Shown here: positions 38,406-47,411 of the stretch, piece after piece | Numbering within the stretch: position 1 is the first letter of the stretch | Layout of the letters: each line of letters opens with the position of its first letter | NCBI GenBank assembly: GCA_013388925.1 | Contig: JACAEJ010000036.1 | Coordinates: forward strand, 4,600 to 68,599 | Length of the DNA stretch: 64,000 nt | DNA from: Nitrososphaerales archaeon | GTDB taxonomy: Archaea > Thermoproteota > Nitrososphaeria > Nitrososphaerales > JACAEJ01 | Reading direction: 5' to 3' | Program-made: the position numbers and the translations under genes | Notes under the pieces: model-generated | Database searches by the model: none | Seen by the model: the letters and a program-made list of their open reading frames with translations, nothing else | Told to the model about the DNA's origin: nothing

Positions 38406-38487
38406 ATAATAAATGCTAAAGTTCGTATTTATGACTTACTGTCGAACCATAAGATTCTTGAGTCAAGTAATGTTGACTTGATGCCAA

Positions 38488-41400
38488 TCATCTTATGGCA
38501 TTTATCAGAGCGTCTGTGAGCTCCAGATTTGTTATCACAGGAACCCCAAATTCTACAGCCTTCCTTCTAATCAAGTAATCGTCATCCAACGCCTTTTGGG
38601 AAGTCATACCGTCTAGATTTAAAACGTTGATGACAAGTCTTATCCTCTGATTTATCAGATAGTCAAGTATATTGGGTTGCTTATCTTCGCTTACCTTATA
38701 CAAAACTTCACATTTTACATCATTCTTGATCAAAGATTCGGCTGTATGCTCAGTAGCATAGATTTGAAACTCTTTCTTTGAAAACTTCTTTGCTATGGAG
38801 ATGACGCTTTCTTTTTCCCCACCCACTGTTATGAGAATTGGATCTCCCCTTCTGGGGATATTAAATCCACCAGCCACAAGAGCCTTAAGAAAAGCCTCCT
38901 CAAAGGTCTCCCCAAAACAAGCCACCTCTCCAGTGGAAACCATTTCGACCCCAGTTATAGGATCTGCCCCTTCCAATCTCATAAATGAGAATTGTGGAAC
39001 CTTTACACTAAATTTGTCTGCTGATGCCTCGCCATCCTTGATTCTTTTTCCCAAGATCGCATCTGCAGCGACGTCCATCAGGTTTATGCCAGTTGTCTTT
39101 GAGACAAATGGCATGCTCCTGGATGCCCTTAAGTTACACTCGATCACATAGACCCTCCCATCTTTGACTATGTACTGAATGTTGAAGGGCCCTCCTATAT
39201 TCAGCCTTTTGGCTATTCTTCTTGTATAATCTCTTATAATATGCTTCACAGTCTCTGGGATGTTGATAGAGGGGATGGACATTGTGGCATCTCCTGAGTG
39301 AACACCTGCATTTTCTACATGCTCTATTATCGCGCCTATGAAGACACTCTCCCCATCACAGACCCCGTCAACTTCCACTTCTCTGGCATTCGCAACAAAC
39401 TTTGAGACGACTACAGGGTACTCCTTCGATACTTTTGCTGCTCTTTTCAAGTAGTCCTCCAATTGCTTCTCATCAAAGGCAACGTTCATCGCAGATCCAG
39501 ATAAGACATAAGAAGGTCTCACAAGTACTGGGTAGCCGATATCCTCTGAGAATTTCTTTGCTATTTCTATATCTTCTAGTCTACTCCATTCTGGTTGTTC
39601 TATCTTTAACTCATCTAGGATGGTACTGAACTTAAATCTATCCTCGGCCCTGTCTATATTCTCCGCCAAAGTACCCAATATTCTGACACGGTTTCCGGCA
39701 AGTTTCATAGCCAGGTTGTTAGGTATCTGCCCACCTACGCTCACAACCACCCCTTCAGGGCTCTCTTTCTCACATATATCCAACACTCTCTCGAGTGTCA
39801 ACTCTTCAAAGTACAGCTTATCTAGAACATCGTAATCAGTAGAGACAGTTTCTGGATTATAGTTTACCATTATGACCTCTTCTACACCCTTTCTCTTCAG
39901 GGCCCATGCCATATTTACACAGCACCAATCGAACTCGACGCTCGAGCCTATTCTGTAACAGCCAGAACCTAAGACGACAACTTTGCTCTTACTCGATATT
40001 CCTATGTCATCAGAATATCCATTGTAAGTGAGATATAGGTAGTTAGTGACAGAGGGCCATTCTGCTGCAAGGGTATCAATCTGCTTCACTACTGGCAATA
40101 TCTCCCAATACCGTCTCTTCTCCCTAATCTCTGCTTCATTCTTTCCTATGATATTGCCGATCTTCTTGTCCGAGAAACCGAGTTGTTTAGCCTTCTTTAG
40201 ATTCTCCTGATTTAGATCACTCTTCTTCAGTGACTCTTCAAATTCCACTATGTCCTTGATTTTATTCAGGAACCATGTATCGATCCCAGTCAAATCGAAG
40301 ATTCTTTTCACATCCATGCCAGATTGGAGCGCCTTGACAATGTAAAACAGCCTTCTGTCTGTCGGTCTCTCTAGTTCATGCTCTATAATCTCAATAGCAA
40401 ACAGACCGTCTTCTCCAACCTCCAAACCTTCAGTGTCTGTCAATTCCTTGTCTATGTCAAGCATCCTGACCGCTTTTTGCAAAGCCTCCTCAAAGACTCT
40501 ACCTATGGCCATAACCTCCCCCACAGACTTCATCTGCGTCCCAATCCTTCTATTGACACGCTTGAACTTCTGGAAATCCCATCTAGGTATTTTTACTACT
40601 ACATAGTCCAATGCGGGTTCGAAGCAGGCAGTCGTCACCCCAGTGACTTTATTTATCAATTCGGGCAGGGTATGACCAATTGAAAGCTTTGCGGCTATGT
40701 ATGCAATGGGATACCCAGTAGCTTTCGATGCAAGGGCTGAGCTTCTTGATAACCGAGAATTTACTTCAATCACTCTGAACTGTTCAGAGTTGGGATCTAT
40801 TGCAAATTGTATATTGCATTCTCCTATTATCCCCAAGGATCTGATGACTTTGAAACTGGCCAACCTCAAAATGTGATATTCTCTATTTGTTAAGGTCTGA
40901 GAAGGCGCTATGACTATGCTATCACCAGTATGAATCCCCATGGGATCAAAGTTCTCCATGTTGCAGACTATTGCGCAATTGTCTTCACAATCCCTTACAA
41001 CTTCATATTCCACTTCTTTCCATTTGCCAAGGTACTCTTCAATCAAGACTTGTTTTATTCTACTATGAATCAAACCTCTTATCGCTATATCTGCCAACTC
41101 TTCCCTGTTGTAAGCCACACCCGATCCTTGCCCTCCCAATGTGTAGGCAACCCTTACCATCACTGGATAGCCTATCTCATTAGCAGCCTGTATCGCCTCA
41201 GAGATAGAATTTGCCTTTTTACTTCTAGGAATAGGTATTTCATTATCCAACATAGTCCTCCTAAAGAAATCTCTATCATCGGCTATCCTTATTGCGTCTA
41301 TCCCAGTACCTATGACCTTTACACTGTATTTCTCCAGTACTCCCTTTTCTGCCAGTTCTACACCACAGTTCAGTGCAGTCTGTCCCCCAAACCCTAGTAG

Positions 41401-41658
41401 TATTCCATCGGGTCTTTCCTTTTCTATGATTTTTTCTGCGAATTCCACATTTATTGGAAGGAAATATACTTTATCAACAAATTTCTTATCACTCTGAATC
41501 GTCGCTATGTTGGGATTGATGAGTATGACCTCTATCCCTTCTTCCTTCAAAGCCTTTATAGCCTGTGCTCCTGAATAATCGAACTCGCCTGCTTCTCCTA
41601 TCTTTATCGCACCACTTCCTGGGATTAGGACCTTTCTTATCCAATCAAGCCTTGGCAA
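38488..41658 (-). CDS. carB: Carbamoyl-phosphate synthase large subunit
   Basis: The 1056-aa product has duplicated ATP-grasp halves and an MGS-like C-terminus, with a canonical CarB sequence throughout. Confidence 0.95.
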   Translation of the reverse strand: MPRLDWIRKVLIPGSGAIKIGEAGEFDYSGAQAIKALKEEGIEVILINPNIATIQSDKKFVDKVYFLPINVEFAEKIIEKERPDGILLGFGGQTALNCGVELAEKGVLEKYSVKVIGTGIDAIRIADDRDFFRRTMLDNEIPIPRSKKANSISEAIQAANEIGYPVMVRVAYTLGGQGSGVAYNREELADIAIRGLIHSRIKQVLIEEYLGKWKEVEYEVVRDCEDNCAIVCNMENFDPMGIHTGDSIVIAPSQTLTNREYHILRLASFKVIRSLGIIGECNIQFAIDPNSEQFRVIEVNSRLSRSSALASKATGYPIAYIAAKLSIGHTLPELINKVTGVTTACFEPALDYVVVKIPRWDFQKFKRVNRRIGTQMKSVGEVMAIGRVFEEALQKAVRMLDIDKELTDTEGLEVGEDGLFAIEIIEHELERPTDRRLFYIVKALQSGMDVKRIFDLTGIDTWFLNKIKDIVEFEESLKKSDLNQENLKKAKQLGFSDKKIGNIIGKNEAEIREKRRYWEILPVVKQIDTLAAEWPSVTNYLYLTYNGYSDDIGISSKSKVVVLGSGCYRIGSSVEFDWCCVNMAWALKRKGVEEVIMVNYNPETVSTDYDVLDKLYFEELTLERVLDICEKESPEGVVVSVGGQIPNNLAMKLAGNRVRILGTLAENIDRAEDRFKFSTILDELKIEQPEWSRLEDIEIAKKFSEDIGYPVLVRPSYVLSGSAMNVAFDEKQLEDYLKRAAKVSKEYPVVVSKFVANAREVEVDGVCDGESVFIGAIIEHVENAGVHSGDATMSIPSINIPETVKHIIRDYTRRIAKRLNIGGPFNIQYIVKDGRVYVIECNLRASRSMPFVSKTTGINLMDVAADAILGKRIKDGEASADKFSVKVPQFSFMRLEGADPITGVEMVSTGEVACFGETFEEAFLKALVAGGFNIPRRGDPILITVGGEKESVISIAKKFSKKEFQIYATEHTAESLIKNDVKCEVLYKVSEDKQPNILDYLINQRIRLVINVLNLDGMTSQKALDDDYLIRRKAVEFGVPVITNLELTDALINAIR

Positions 41659-42778
41659 GCTTCCTCACCTCTTTAATAAAATAGTCAAATAGAAATCCTG
41701 TCTCATAAGGACCAGGGGAAGCTTCCGGATGAAATTGAGTTCCAAATATGGGCTTTTTTCTGTGTCTTATTCCCTCTGCGGTCTTGTCATTCACATTCTT
41801 GAACCACACATCAAACTCCGTCCTTTTTAAACTTTCAGCATCTATGGCGTATCCATGGTTCTGGCTTGTTATGTAGCATCTATTAGTAGATAGGTCCATG
41901 CAAGGATGATTCTGACCTCTGTGCCCAAACTTCATTTTGTATGTATTTGCACCTGATGCAAGGGCAAGAATCTGAATACCTAGACATACTCCCATTATGG
42001 GCAGATCGGTCTCTAAAAGTTCTTTGACAGTCTGAATGGTCTTCTCACACTTTTGGGGGTCTCCAGGGCCGTTAGAGATGACTATTCCAGTCGGTCTTAG
42101 ATCTAAAATCTCTTCAACAGAATGGTCATAAGGCACTCTTATGATGTCTACATCCCTCTTTAGCAGGTTTCTTAATATGCCAAATTTCGTGCCACAGTCC
42201 ATCAAGACGATTCTCTGAGTTCTTTCAAAATCATACTCTATTGGCTCTTTTATGGTTACTTCCCTTACCAAGTCCCTCTTATTAGGATCCTCTATATCCC
42301 CTAATTTTGCTCTGATCTCTTGAAGGTCTATCTCCTCTGCCACTTTGAGGATTCCTAGCATGGTTCCTTTGACCCTTATCTTCTTTGTAAGATCTCTTGT
42401 ATCTATTCCTTCTATTACAGGAATTCTTTGCTCATATAACCACTCGTTCAATGCCTTTTTGCAGGCCCAGTGACTCGGATTCTGAGCTAGTGAATACACC
42501 ACATAGCCCTTGACTCGGATTCTATTCGATTCAAAATGCAAGGGAATGCCAAACTCATCCGTAATGGAATAGGGTGGTACGCCATAATTTCCAATCAAAG
42601 GATAGGTCTGAATCAATATTTGGCCAAAGTAAGAAGGGTCCGTCAATGATTCAGTGTAGCCAGTCATACCCGTACTAAAGACGACTTCGCCTGAGACCTC
42701 AAGAGGATAGCCTAAGCCATTGCCCATCAGAATCGTTCCATCTTCTAGAGCCAAGATGGCCTTAGCCATTTTCTTCAC
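41645..42778 (-). CDS. carA: Carbamoyl-phosphate synthase small (glutaminase) subunit
   Basis: It has the GATase triad region (GVCLGIQ, HRGQNHP, FHPE). It overlaps the carB start by 14 nt. Confidence 0.95.
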   Translation of the reverse strand: MKKMAKAILALEDGTILMGNGLGYPLEVSGEVVFSTGMTGYTESLTDPSYFGQILIQTYPLIGNYGVPPYSITDEFGIPLHFESNRIRVKGYVVYSLAQNPSHWACKKALNEWLYEQRIPVIEGIDTRDLTKKIRVKGTMLGILKVAEEIDLQEIRAKLGDIEDPNKRDLVREVTIKEPIEYDFERTQRIVLMDCGTKFGILRNLLKRDVDIIRVPYDHSVEEILDLRPTGIVISNGPGDPQKCEKTIQTVKELLETDLPIMGVCLGIQILALASGANTYKMKFGHRGQNHPCMDLSTNRCYITSQNHGYAIDAESLKRTEFDVWFKNVNDKTAEGIRHRKKPIFGTQFHPEASPGPYETGFLFDYFIKEVRKLAKA

Positions 42779-43051
42779 TTACCTTAGAATTCACACAAAT
42801 GAAATAAAAGGGAATCGGCTTGCAACACCCTACAGGCGAAATCTTGGCATCAGAGCCGTACCCACGCAATTCCTACTGCTACACCTTAAAAAGACCGTAA
42901 TTATCAACTAATAAAGTTTATCATCGTTTTGATGGGCTTGTCTGAGAATTCGCGACAAAGATTTTTTGTACCTTTTCGAATCTTTGGACAAAAAGGTTTT
43001 CTAACCTTTGAAGAAGTCTTTAATACGGGTTATACAACATCCTAGAGAACG

Positions 43052-43393
43052 ATGGATAAGAAATATGTTAGAGTGCATAGAATAACGAGCATAAACGACC
43101 CTGAAACGGGATTGCCAGGCAAGCAGATAGAGCTCGTAGAAGTCAGACCCAGAACGAGCGGAGTCCTCTCTGAAGCAGGGGACGAGGCTAGGCTTATAAA
43201 GGGCATACTCTCACAATTCCAGAATCTTGGCATATTTCCGCCCATAAGGGAGATAGTGCTACCCAAGATCACCATGTTCCTTACAGAAGATGAATACGAG
43301 AGACTGGGGATTAGGTTTGAAGTCAATGATACCTACGAGATTGTGTTAAAAGATGGGGCCATTTCTTTAAAGCCCTTTAAGGAAGGCATCTAA
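43052..43393 (+). CDS. Hypothetical protein
   Basis: A 113-aa ATG-initiated ORF. No motif was recognised. Confidence 0.4.
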   Translation: MDKKYVRVHRITSINDPETGLPGKQIELVEVRPRTSGVLSEAGDEARLIKGILSQFQNLGIFPPIREIVLPKITMFLTEDEYERLGIRFEVNDTYEIVLKDGAISLKPFKEGI

Positions 43394-43659
43394 TTTATAG
43401 AGGTATCATCGCAAAATATTTTCATATTGGGAATCGAGCATGGAATGAACACAATAATCTAGCGATTTTTGGCAACATGATCAGAGGCTATTACAGGAGT
43501 TTGGTTTTCCATCTATGCTTCCTGTTGTAGCCTTTCGTAGCGATGCAAGAGCGGTTCTTAGCGCTGAATAGCAGAGTTTCTACGAGCCTCTTCCTTCGAT
43601 GTGGCCCAGCTCTTTAATTGTAAAAGAATTTTAACCTCTTTTTATGATGGAAGGGTAGT

Positions 43660-43748
43660 GCGGTCGTAGTCCAGTCTGGTCTAGGACGCCAAGAAGATCG
43701 CGGAAGCCCCCCAAGCTGGTGACCCGGGTTCAAATCCCGGCGACCGCA
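43660..43748 (+). tRNA. tRNA, probably tRNA-Gly(CCC), with a 14-nt insertion in the 5' strand of the anticodon stem (candidate non-canonical intron)
   Basis: Acceptor GCGGUCG/CGACCGC with A73. D arm GUCC-AGUCUGGUCUA-GGAC. T arm CCGGG-UUCAAAU-CCCGG. Removing 43692-43705 gives anticodon stem CCAGC/GCUGG and loop CCCCCAA (anticodon at 43710-12). No alternative register gives a paired stem. Confidence 0.65.
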
Positions 43749-43869
43749 TCTTTATTGAGTCCTTTAAAAAGAGTGGGCGTCAAGGTTCATTGTGAGGGTA
43801 TCGGTAAGTCTGGTCCTGCGAAAAAGTGAACCTCACAGACCCGCTATACACAAAGATCGATTCAAGACT

Positions 43870-44259
43870 TCAAGAGTGATCGCTTTTGGCAAAGTTCTTT
43901 AAAAGATCGACCACATCTGGCCTGGCAAGGCTATAAAACTTCCATTTCCCTTCCTTCCTCTTCTTTACTATGCCTACCCTCTCCAGTATCTCTAGATGGT
44001 GAGAAACATTTGGCTGAGTCATTTCCAACGCGACCATAATTTCGCAGACACACATCTCCTTCATCGAGAGTATCCTGATCATCTTTAGTCGAGTCGAGTC
44101 TCCTAGAGCCTTGAAGAATCTCTCCATAGGACTTAGTAGGTTTTCATCGTATACACTTCTCGCCAAGCGCTTCAGCTCTGTTGCATACTTCTCTACATTC
44201 TCAGCTTTACATATCCCAGAGGAGACGAGTCGTCGTAATCTTGCGTTGGAGACACTCAT
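43870..44259 (-). CDS. arsR: ArsR/SmtB-family metalloregulator
   Basis: It has a winged HTH, and the metalloid-binding CVCE motif sits in EMCVCEIMVAL. Confidence 0.8.
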   Translation of the reverse strand: MSVSNARLRRLVSSGICKAENVEKYATELKRLARSVYDENLLSPMERFFKALGDSTRLKMIRILSMKEMCVCEIMVALEMTQPNVSHHLEILERVGIVKKRKEGKWKFYSLARPDVVDLLKNFAKSDHS

Positions 44260-44276
44260 GTCATAGATAAGTTGTT

Positions 44277-44294
44277 AACATATTTAAATATGTT
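44277..44294. promoter_or_regulatory. Perfect 18-bp palindrome AACATATTTAAATATGTT upstream of arsR (candidate ArsR operator overlapping a TATA-like element)
   Basis: Read directly from the sequence. It lies 18 nt upstream of the arsR start codon, and a near-identical copy occurs at 45757-45774. Confidence 0.45.
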
Positions 44295-44367
44295 TTAAAG
44301 TGCGGCTCCTCTACCAAATTCTGAGCCCCGCTATTTGAAAGTTTGCTCATTGATTATCCCCTCTTGC

Positions 44368-45450
44368 TTACAGTTTACTCATCAATAATCCATATGCTAG
44401 GCCAAGTACTACACTGAAAGCCCATGCTATCAGTGCATAGGTAAGGACTACCTTCCACTTGACTATCCTTGATGTAGCGATCATATTTGGAATATCATAA
44501 GGTTGGCCCATCAGCCAAGAGAGTATGGCTGCACCGGACATGCCCAGATCCATCAACCCTCTACCTAAAACAATTTCAACCAATGTTGGAGTGTAGAGTG
44601 GCCCCCCGATGACTGATGCAAGAAGGACTCCTCCAACCCCATTCAGATATGTAGCTACCAATTCTTCAGGAAGGAAGGCTACCAGATAGCTGACAACTAG
44701 AAGCCCTATGAAGAAGTATGGAAGTATCCGCCTGCCCAAGAAGCCGCCGAATTTTAGTACACCGGTCAACCTCTCGTCGAGAGGGGGTTTGACAGTTTCT
44801 GTGCTGGAAGTGGCCACTCCAAGATTTGGTCGATGCTCAGCTTCGATCCTCTTACCCCAAGGTGTCTTGGATATGATCACCCCTGCAGCGACAGCAGTAA
44901 CCAGAGAAGCAATGATTCTTACAACTGCGATCTCCCAAGATAGAATCTCACCCGTAAGCAAGATCGTAAGTATATTGGCTGCTGGAGCCATGAGGAGGAA
45001 AGAGATAGCAGGACCTATGCCCGCACCGGTGTATAGGATCCCTGCGAACAAGGGGACCATAGTACACGAACAGACGGTGAAGAAAGGCGCAAATCCCGCG
45101 GCTAAAGCATACCCTTGGACTTTCCCACTTCCCATATGCTTTGTGATCAAGGATTTTGGCATGAATTCGTAAACCAAGCCTGCAGCAACAAAAGCAAAAA
45201 GGAGGCATATCCAACCATGAGTTAAATAGTCCCAGATGTAGACAAGGGGAATCTCCCACAAGGGAAGGATTTGAAGATGAGCTGGCTGAATGGTGGGAGC
45301 AAGCGAATAGGCCATAATCCTCGAATACACAAGGGCTGCAATGACCAAGACTACGAATGTAAGCAGTAATGCAGTTCGTGGTCTCCTTGTGCCCTCCCTC
45401 ATCTTGTATACCTCTCCTAGCGGATTATCTGTCATGGATTCCTCCTCCAT
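44368..45450 (-). CDS. COG0701/ArsP-like permease
   Basis: It is a polytopic membrane protein with the vicinal cysteine pair TVCSCT that is typical of COG0701 permeases found in ars operons. Confidence 0.6.
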   Translation of the reverse strand: MEEESMTDNPLGEVYKMREGTRRPRTALLLTFVVLVIAALVYSRIMAYSLAPTIQPAHLQILPLWEIPLVYIWDYLTHGWICLLFAFVAAGLVYEFMPKSLITKHMGSGKVQGYALAAGFAPFFTVCSCTMVPLFAGILYTGAGIGPAISFLLMAPAANILTILLTGEILSWEIAVVRIIASLVTAVAAGVIISKTPWGKRIEAEHRPNLGVATSSTETVKPPLDERLTGVLKFGGFLGRRILPYFFIGLLVVSYLVAFLPEELVATYLNGVGGVLLASVIGGPLYTPTLVEIVLGRGLMDLGMSGAAILSWLMGQPYDIPNMIATSRIVKWKVVLTYALIAWAFSVVLGLAYGLLMSKL

Positions 45451-45463
45451 CTGTTCGACTGCC

Positions 45464-45727
45464 TTATCTAGGTGCCCTATCCATGAGCCACTTCTTCACT
45501 TCTTTATACTTCGGTATCTCCCCCTGAGATACGATCTCATTGTTGATGATGATCGCTGGAGTGAAAAGAATGCCAAGCTTCGCAATCTCCTTGAGATCTT
45601 TGATTTCCTGCACGTCAGCGGCAAGCTGAAGCTCAATTAGAGCATTTACCACCAGTTTTTTTGTCTCCTGGCATCTAGGGCAACCAGACCCAAGAACCTT
45701 TACAGTTCCAAGCGTCTTCACACCCAT
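45464..45727 (-). CDS. Small thioredoxin-fold protein (redox-active disulfide protein 2 type)
   Basis: The 87-aa product has the N-terminal VLGSGCPRCQ CxxC motif. Confidence 0.7.
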   Translation of the reverse strand: MGVKTLGTVKVLGSGCPRCQETKKLVVNALIELQLAADVQEIKDLKEIAKLGILFTPAIIINNEIVSQGEIPKYKEVKKWLMDRAPR

Positions 45728-45756
45728 CTTATCACCCTAAGTTCAAGGAGTAAATC

Positions 45757-45774
45757 AACATATTTAAATATATT
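45757..45774. promoter_or_regulatory. Second copy of the ars palindrome (AACATATTTAAATATATT, 17/18 match) in the divergent thioredoxin-like/ACR3 promoter region
   Basis: Read directly from the sequence. It lies between the start codons at 45727 (minus strand) and 45805 (plus strand). Confidence 0.4.
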
Positions 45775-45804
45775 TATGCAAATAAATACTATCAACCAGA
45801 GGCT

Positions 45805-46854
45805 TTGCACACCATGTGTATGAGACCAGTCAAGGTTGGGGGACTTGGATGTATTGAAAAGCTACTCGCAGTATGGATTGCACTTTGCATCGTAATAGGT
45901 CTGTTGCTTGGGAAGTATCTGCCTGAACTGAGCAAGCATCTTGAGATTGGCATCCCAATAGGATTGTTTCTGATGATATATCCTGCGATGACCAAGATAA
46001 GAATAGAAGAGCTAAAGGATGCATTCAAAAGTAAGAGGCAGGTTGGCGTCATCGTCTTCTTCAATTATATGGTGAATCCGTTTCTGCTATATGCCCTCGG
46101 GTTCATATTCTTTGAGAACATTCTTCCTTTTTTTGGTCTTATAACTCTTGAGACGGCGAGACATCTTTGGACAGGGTTGATTTTGCTTGGTGTTGCTCCT
46201 TGCATTGCCATGGTTCTAGTGTGGACAGATCTAGCAAAAGGAAACGGGCCTCTTGGAATAGTTCTTATGGCCTGGAACTCGATTATTCAAGTCTTTACCA
46301 CCCCACTTTACATAGCATTGCTTGTAGGGACATACATAGCGATAGATATTGTCTTGATCGGTGAGAGCGTCCTTCTATACCTTGGTCTACCATTGCTCTT
46401 CGGCGTGATTACTCGAAGAGAAGTGATAAAGCGAAAATCTGAGGATTGGTTGAACAATAAATTGATCCCTTACTACAATGCCATGCAGTTGCTAGCGCTT
46501 CTCTTCACAATGGTAGTCATGTTCTCCCTTAGAGGCGGGGTGATAATTGATAACCCCAATCTAATTTGGCAGATGGCTGTCCCTATAGTCTTGTTCTTCT
46601 TTCTACTCTTCAACCTTGTTTACTACACCACAAGACGCATAGGGTACAATTATGAAGACGCTGCGACGATGGGCTTTCACTGTACCGGTAGAAACTTTGA
46701 ACTGGCTATCGCGATAGCCTTAACCGCTTTCTCATTTATGCCGATGGTGGCTGTCTCAACCGTTGTAGGTCCACTTATCGAGATCCCTGTGATGTTGACG
46801 ATTGTCTGGATGGCGTTGAAAAGGAAGAATAAATCTGCAAATCCTTCGTACTAA
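45805..46854 (+). CDS. acr3: ACR3-family arsenite efflux transporter
   Basis: There are 10 hydrophobic helices, and the conserved Cys sits in LGVAPCIAMVLVW. The start may be an internal Met a few codons downstream. Confidence 0.85.
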   Translation: MHTMCMRPVKVGGLGCIEKLLAVWIALCIVIGLLLGKYLPELSKHLEIGIPIGLFLMIYPAMTKIRIEELKDAFKSKRQVGVIVFFNYMVNPFLLYALGFIFFENILPFFGLITLETARHLWTGLILLGVAPCIAMVLVWTDLAKGNGPLGIVLMAWNSIIQVFTTPLYIALLVGTYIAIDIVLIGESVLLYLGLPLLFGVITRREVIKRKSEDWLNNKLIPYYNAMQLLALLFTMVVMFSLRGGVIIDNPNLIWQMAVPIVLFFFLLFNLVYYTTRRIGYNYEDAATMGFHCTGRNFELAIAIALTAFSFMPMVAVSTVVGPLIEIPVMLTIVWMALKRKNKSANPSY

Positions 46855-46985
46855 TAGATACGATTTTCACAACCTCCTCGAACTTATAGACAAGGTCAAG
46901 TCAAGAAGACAAGTGTAGCCAATCAATGATGAGTGAGAAAACACTTTCACGATTCGAATTGGGACGCTCGAATGTTCACTCTGGT

Positions 46986-47345
46986 TTAACGTTTCCTTTT
47001 CTTGATTTCATCGGCTATTACTTCGTTGGCCCAGTTCATAGCGATGGTTGTAGTGCTTATCCCTTCTGCCGTTAGGAGCTGAATTATGGCGTGCCTGATC
47101 TCTTCTGGAGTGGCACCGTTCCGTAGAGCAAGCCTTACATGAGTCTTAAATGGGGTGTATTGAATTCTAGTGCCCCATATAGCCAGCTTTATGAGCTCTA
47201 TGTATTTGTCTTCGATAGGCCCAGCCCTGCTACATGCTTCACCCAGCTTTTTGTACATTTCCCAGATGTCAGGGTATTTTTTTATAAAATCCTGTAAAGA
47301 TCTCGGTAGCTCCTTAATGGGAACCGTTTTTCCCAATAGAATCAC
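46986..47345 (-). CDS. Carboxymuconolactone decarboxylase (AhpD-like) family protein
   Basis: Size and helical pattern (KYIELIKLAIWGT...ALRNGATPEEIRHAI) are typical of the CMD family. The call is from memory. Confidence 0.5.
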   Translation of the reverse strand: MILLGKTVPIKELPRSLQDFIKKYPDIWEMYKKLGEACSRAGPIEDKYIELIKLAIWGTRIQYTPFKTHVRLALRNGATPEEIRHAIIQLLTAEGISTTTIAMNWANEVIADEIKKRKR

Positions 47346-47411
47346 CTTCTAAGGCAAAGGCACTTCTTATAGATAAGCCTTTCTTCAAAAATTCAAATTT
47401 TGCATTAACCT

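Noticed and set aside
38130-38487. Assigning the structured RNA to SRP (7S) RNA or RNase P RNA.
   Set aside because: Two GNAR/GNRA-type hairpins on the minus strand looked SRP-like, but the near-invariant helix-8 GGAAG.AGCA element is absent on both strands. GGAAAGCC and GGCUUUCC resemble RNase P P4 strands, but they occur in the wrong order and ACAGAA..GGCUUA is missing. The element is therefore left unclassified.
38795-41497. Several ORFs of 60-155 aa antisense to carB.
   Set aside because: carB is unambiguous across this span. The antisense ORFs have no recognisable motifs and show the biased composition expected from codon-complement effects.
43394-43659. A possible C/D-box sRNA or other small RNA upstream of the tRNA (AUGAUCA ... 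CUGA).
   Set aside because: The C-like and D-like boxes are about 90 nt apart, there are no internal C'/D' boxes, and the C box is imperfect. The local stems are weak. The evidence is insufficient to call it.
43780-43850. Complementary segments GGTTCA..GTGAGG and TGAACCTCAC downstream of the tRNA as a terminator hairpin.
   Set aside because: The complementary blocks are in swapped order and cannot form one continuous hairpin. At most there are two mutually exclusive short pairings.
43749-46985. The arsenic module next to the tRNA as an integrated genomic island.
   Set aside because: There is no integrase or recombinase gene. I could not find a direct repeat of the tRNA 3' end (GGGTTCAAATCCCGGCGACCGCA) downstream. 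Adjacency to a tRNA alone is insufficient.
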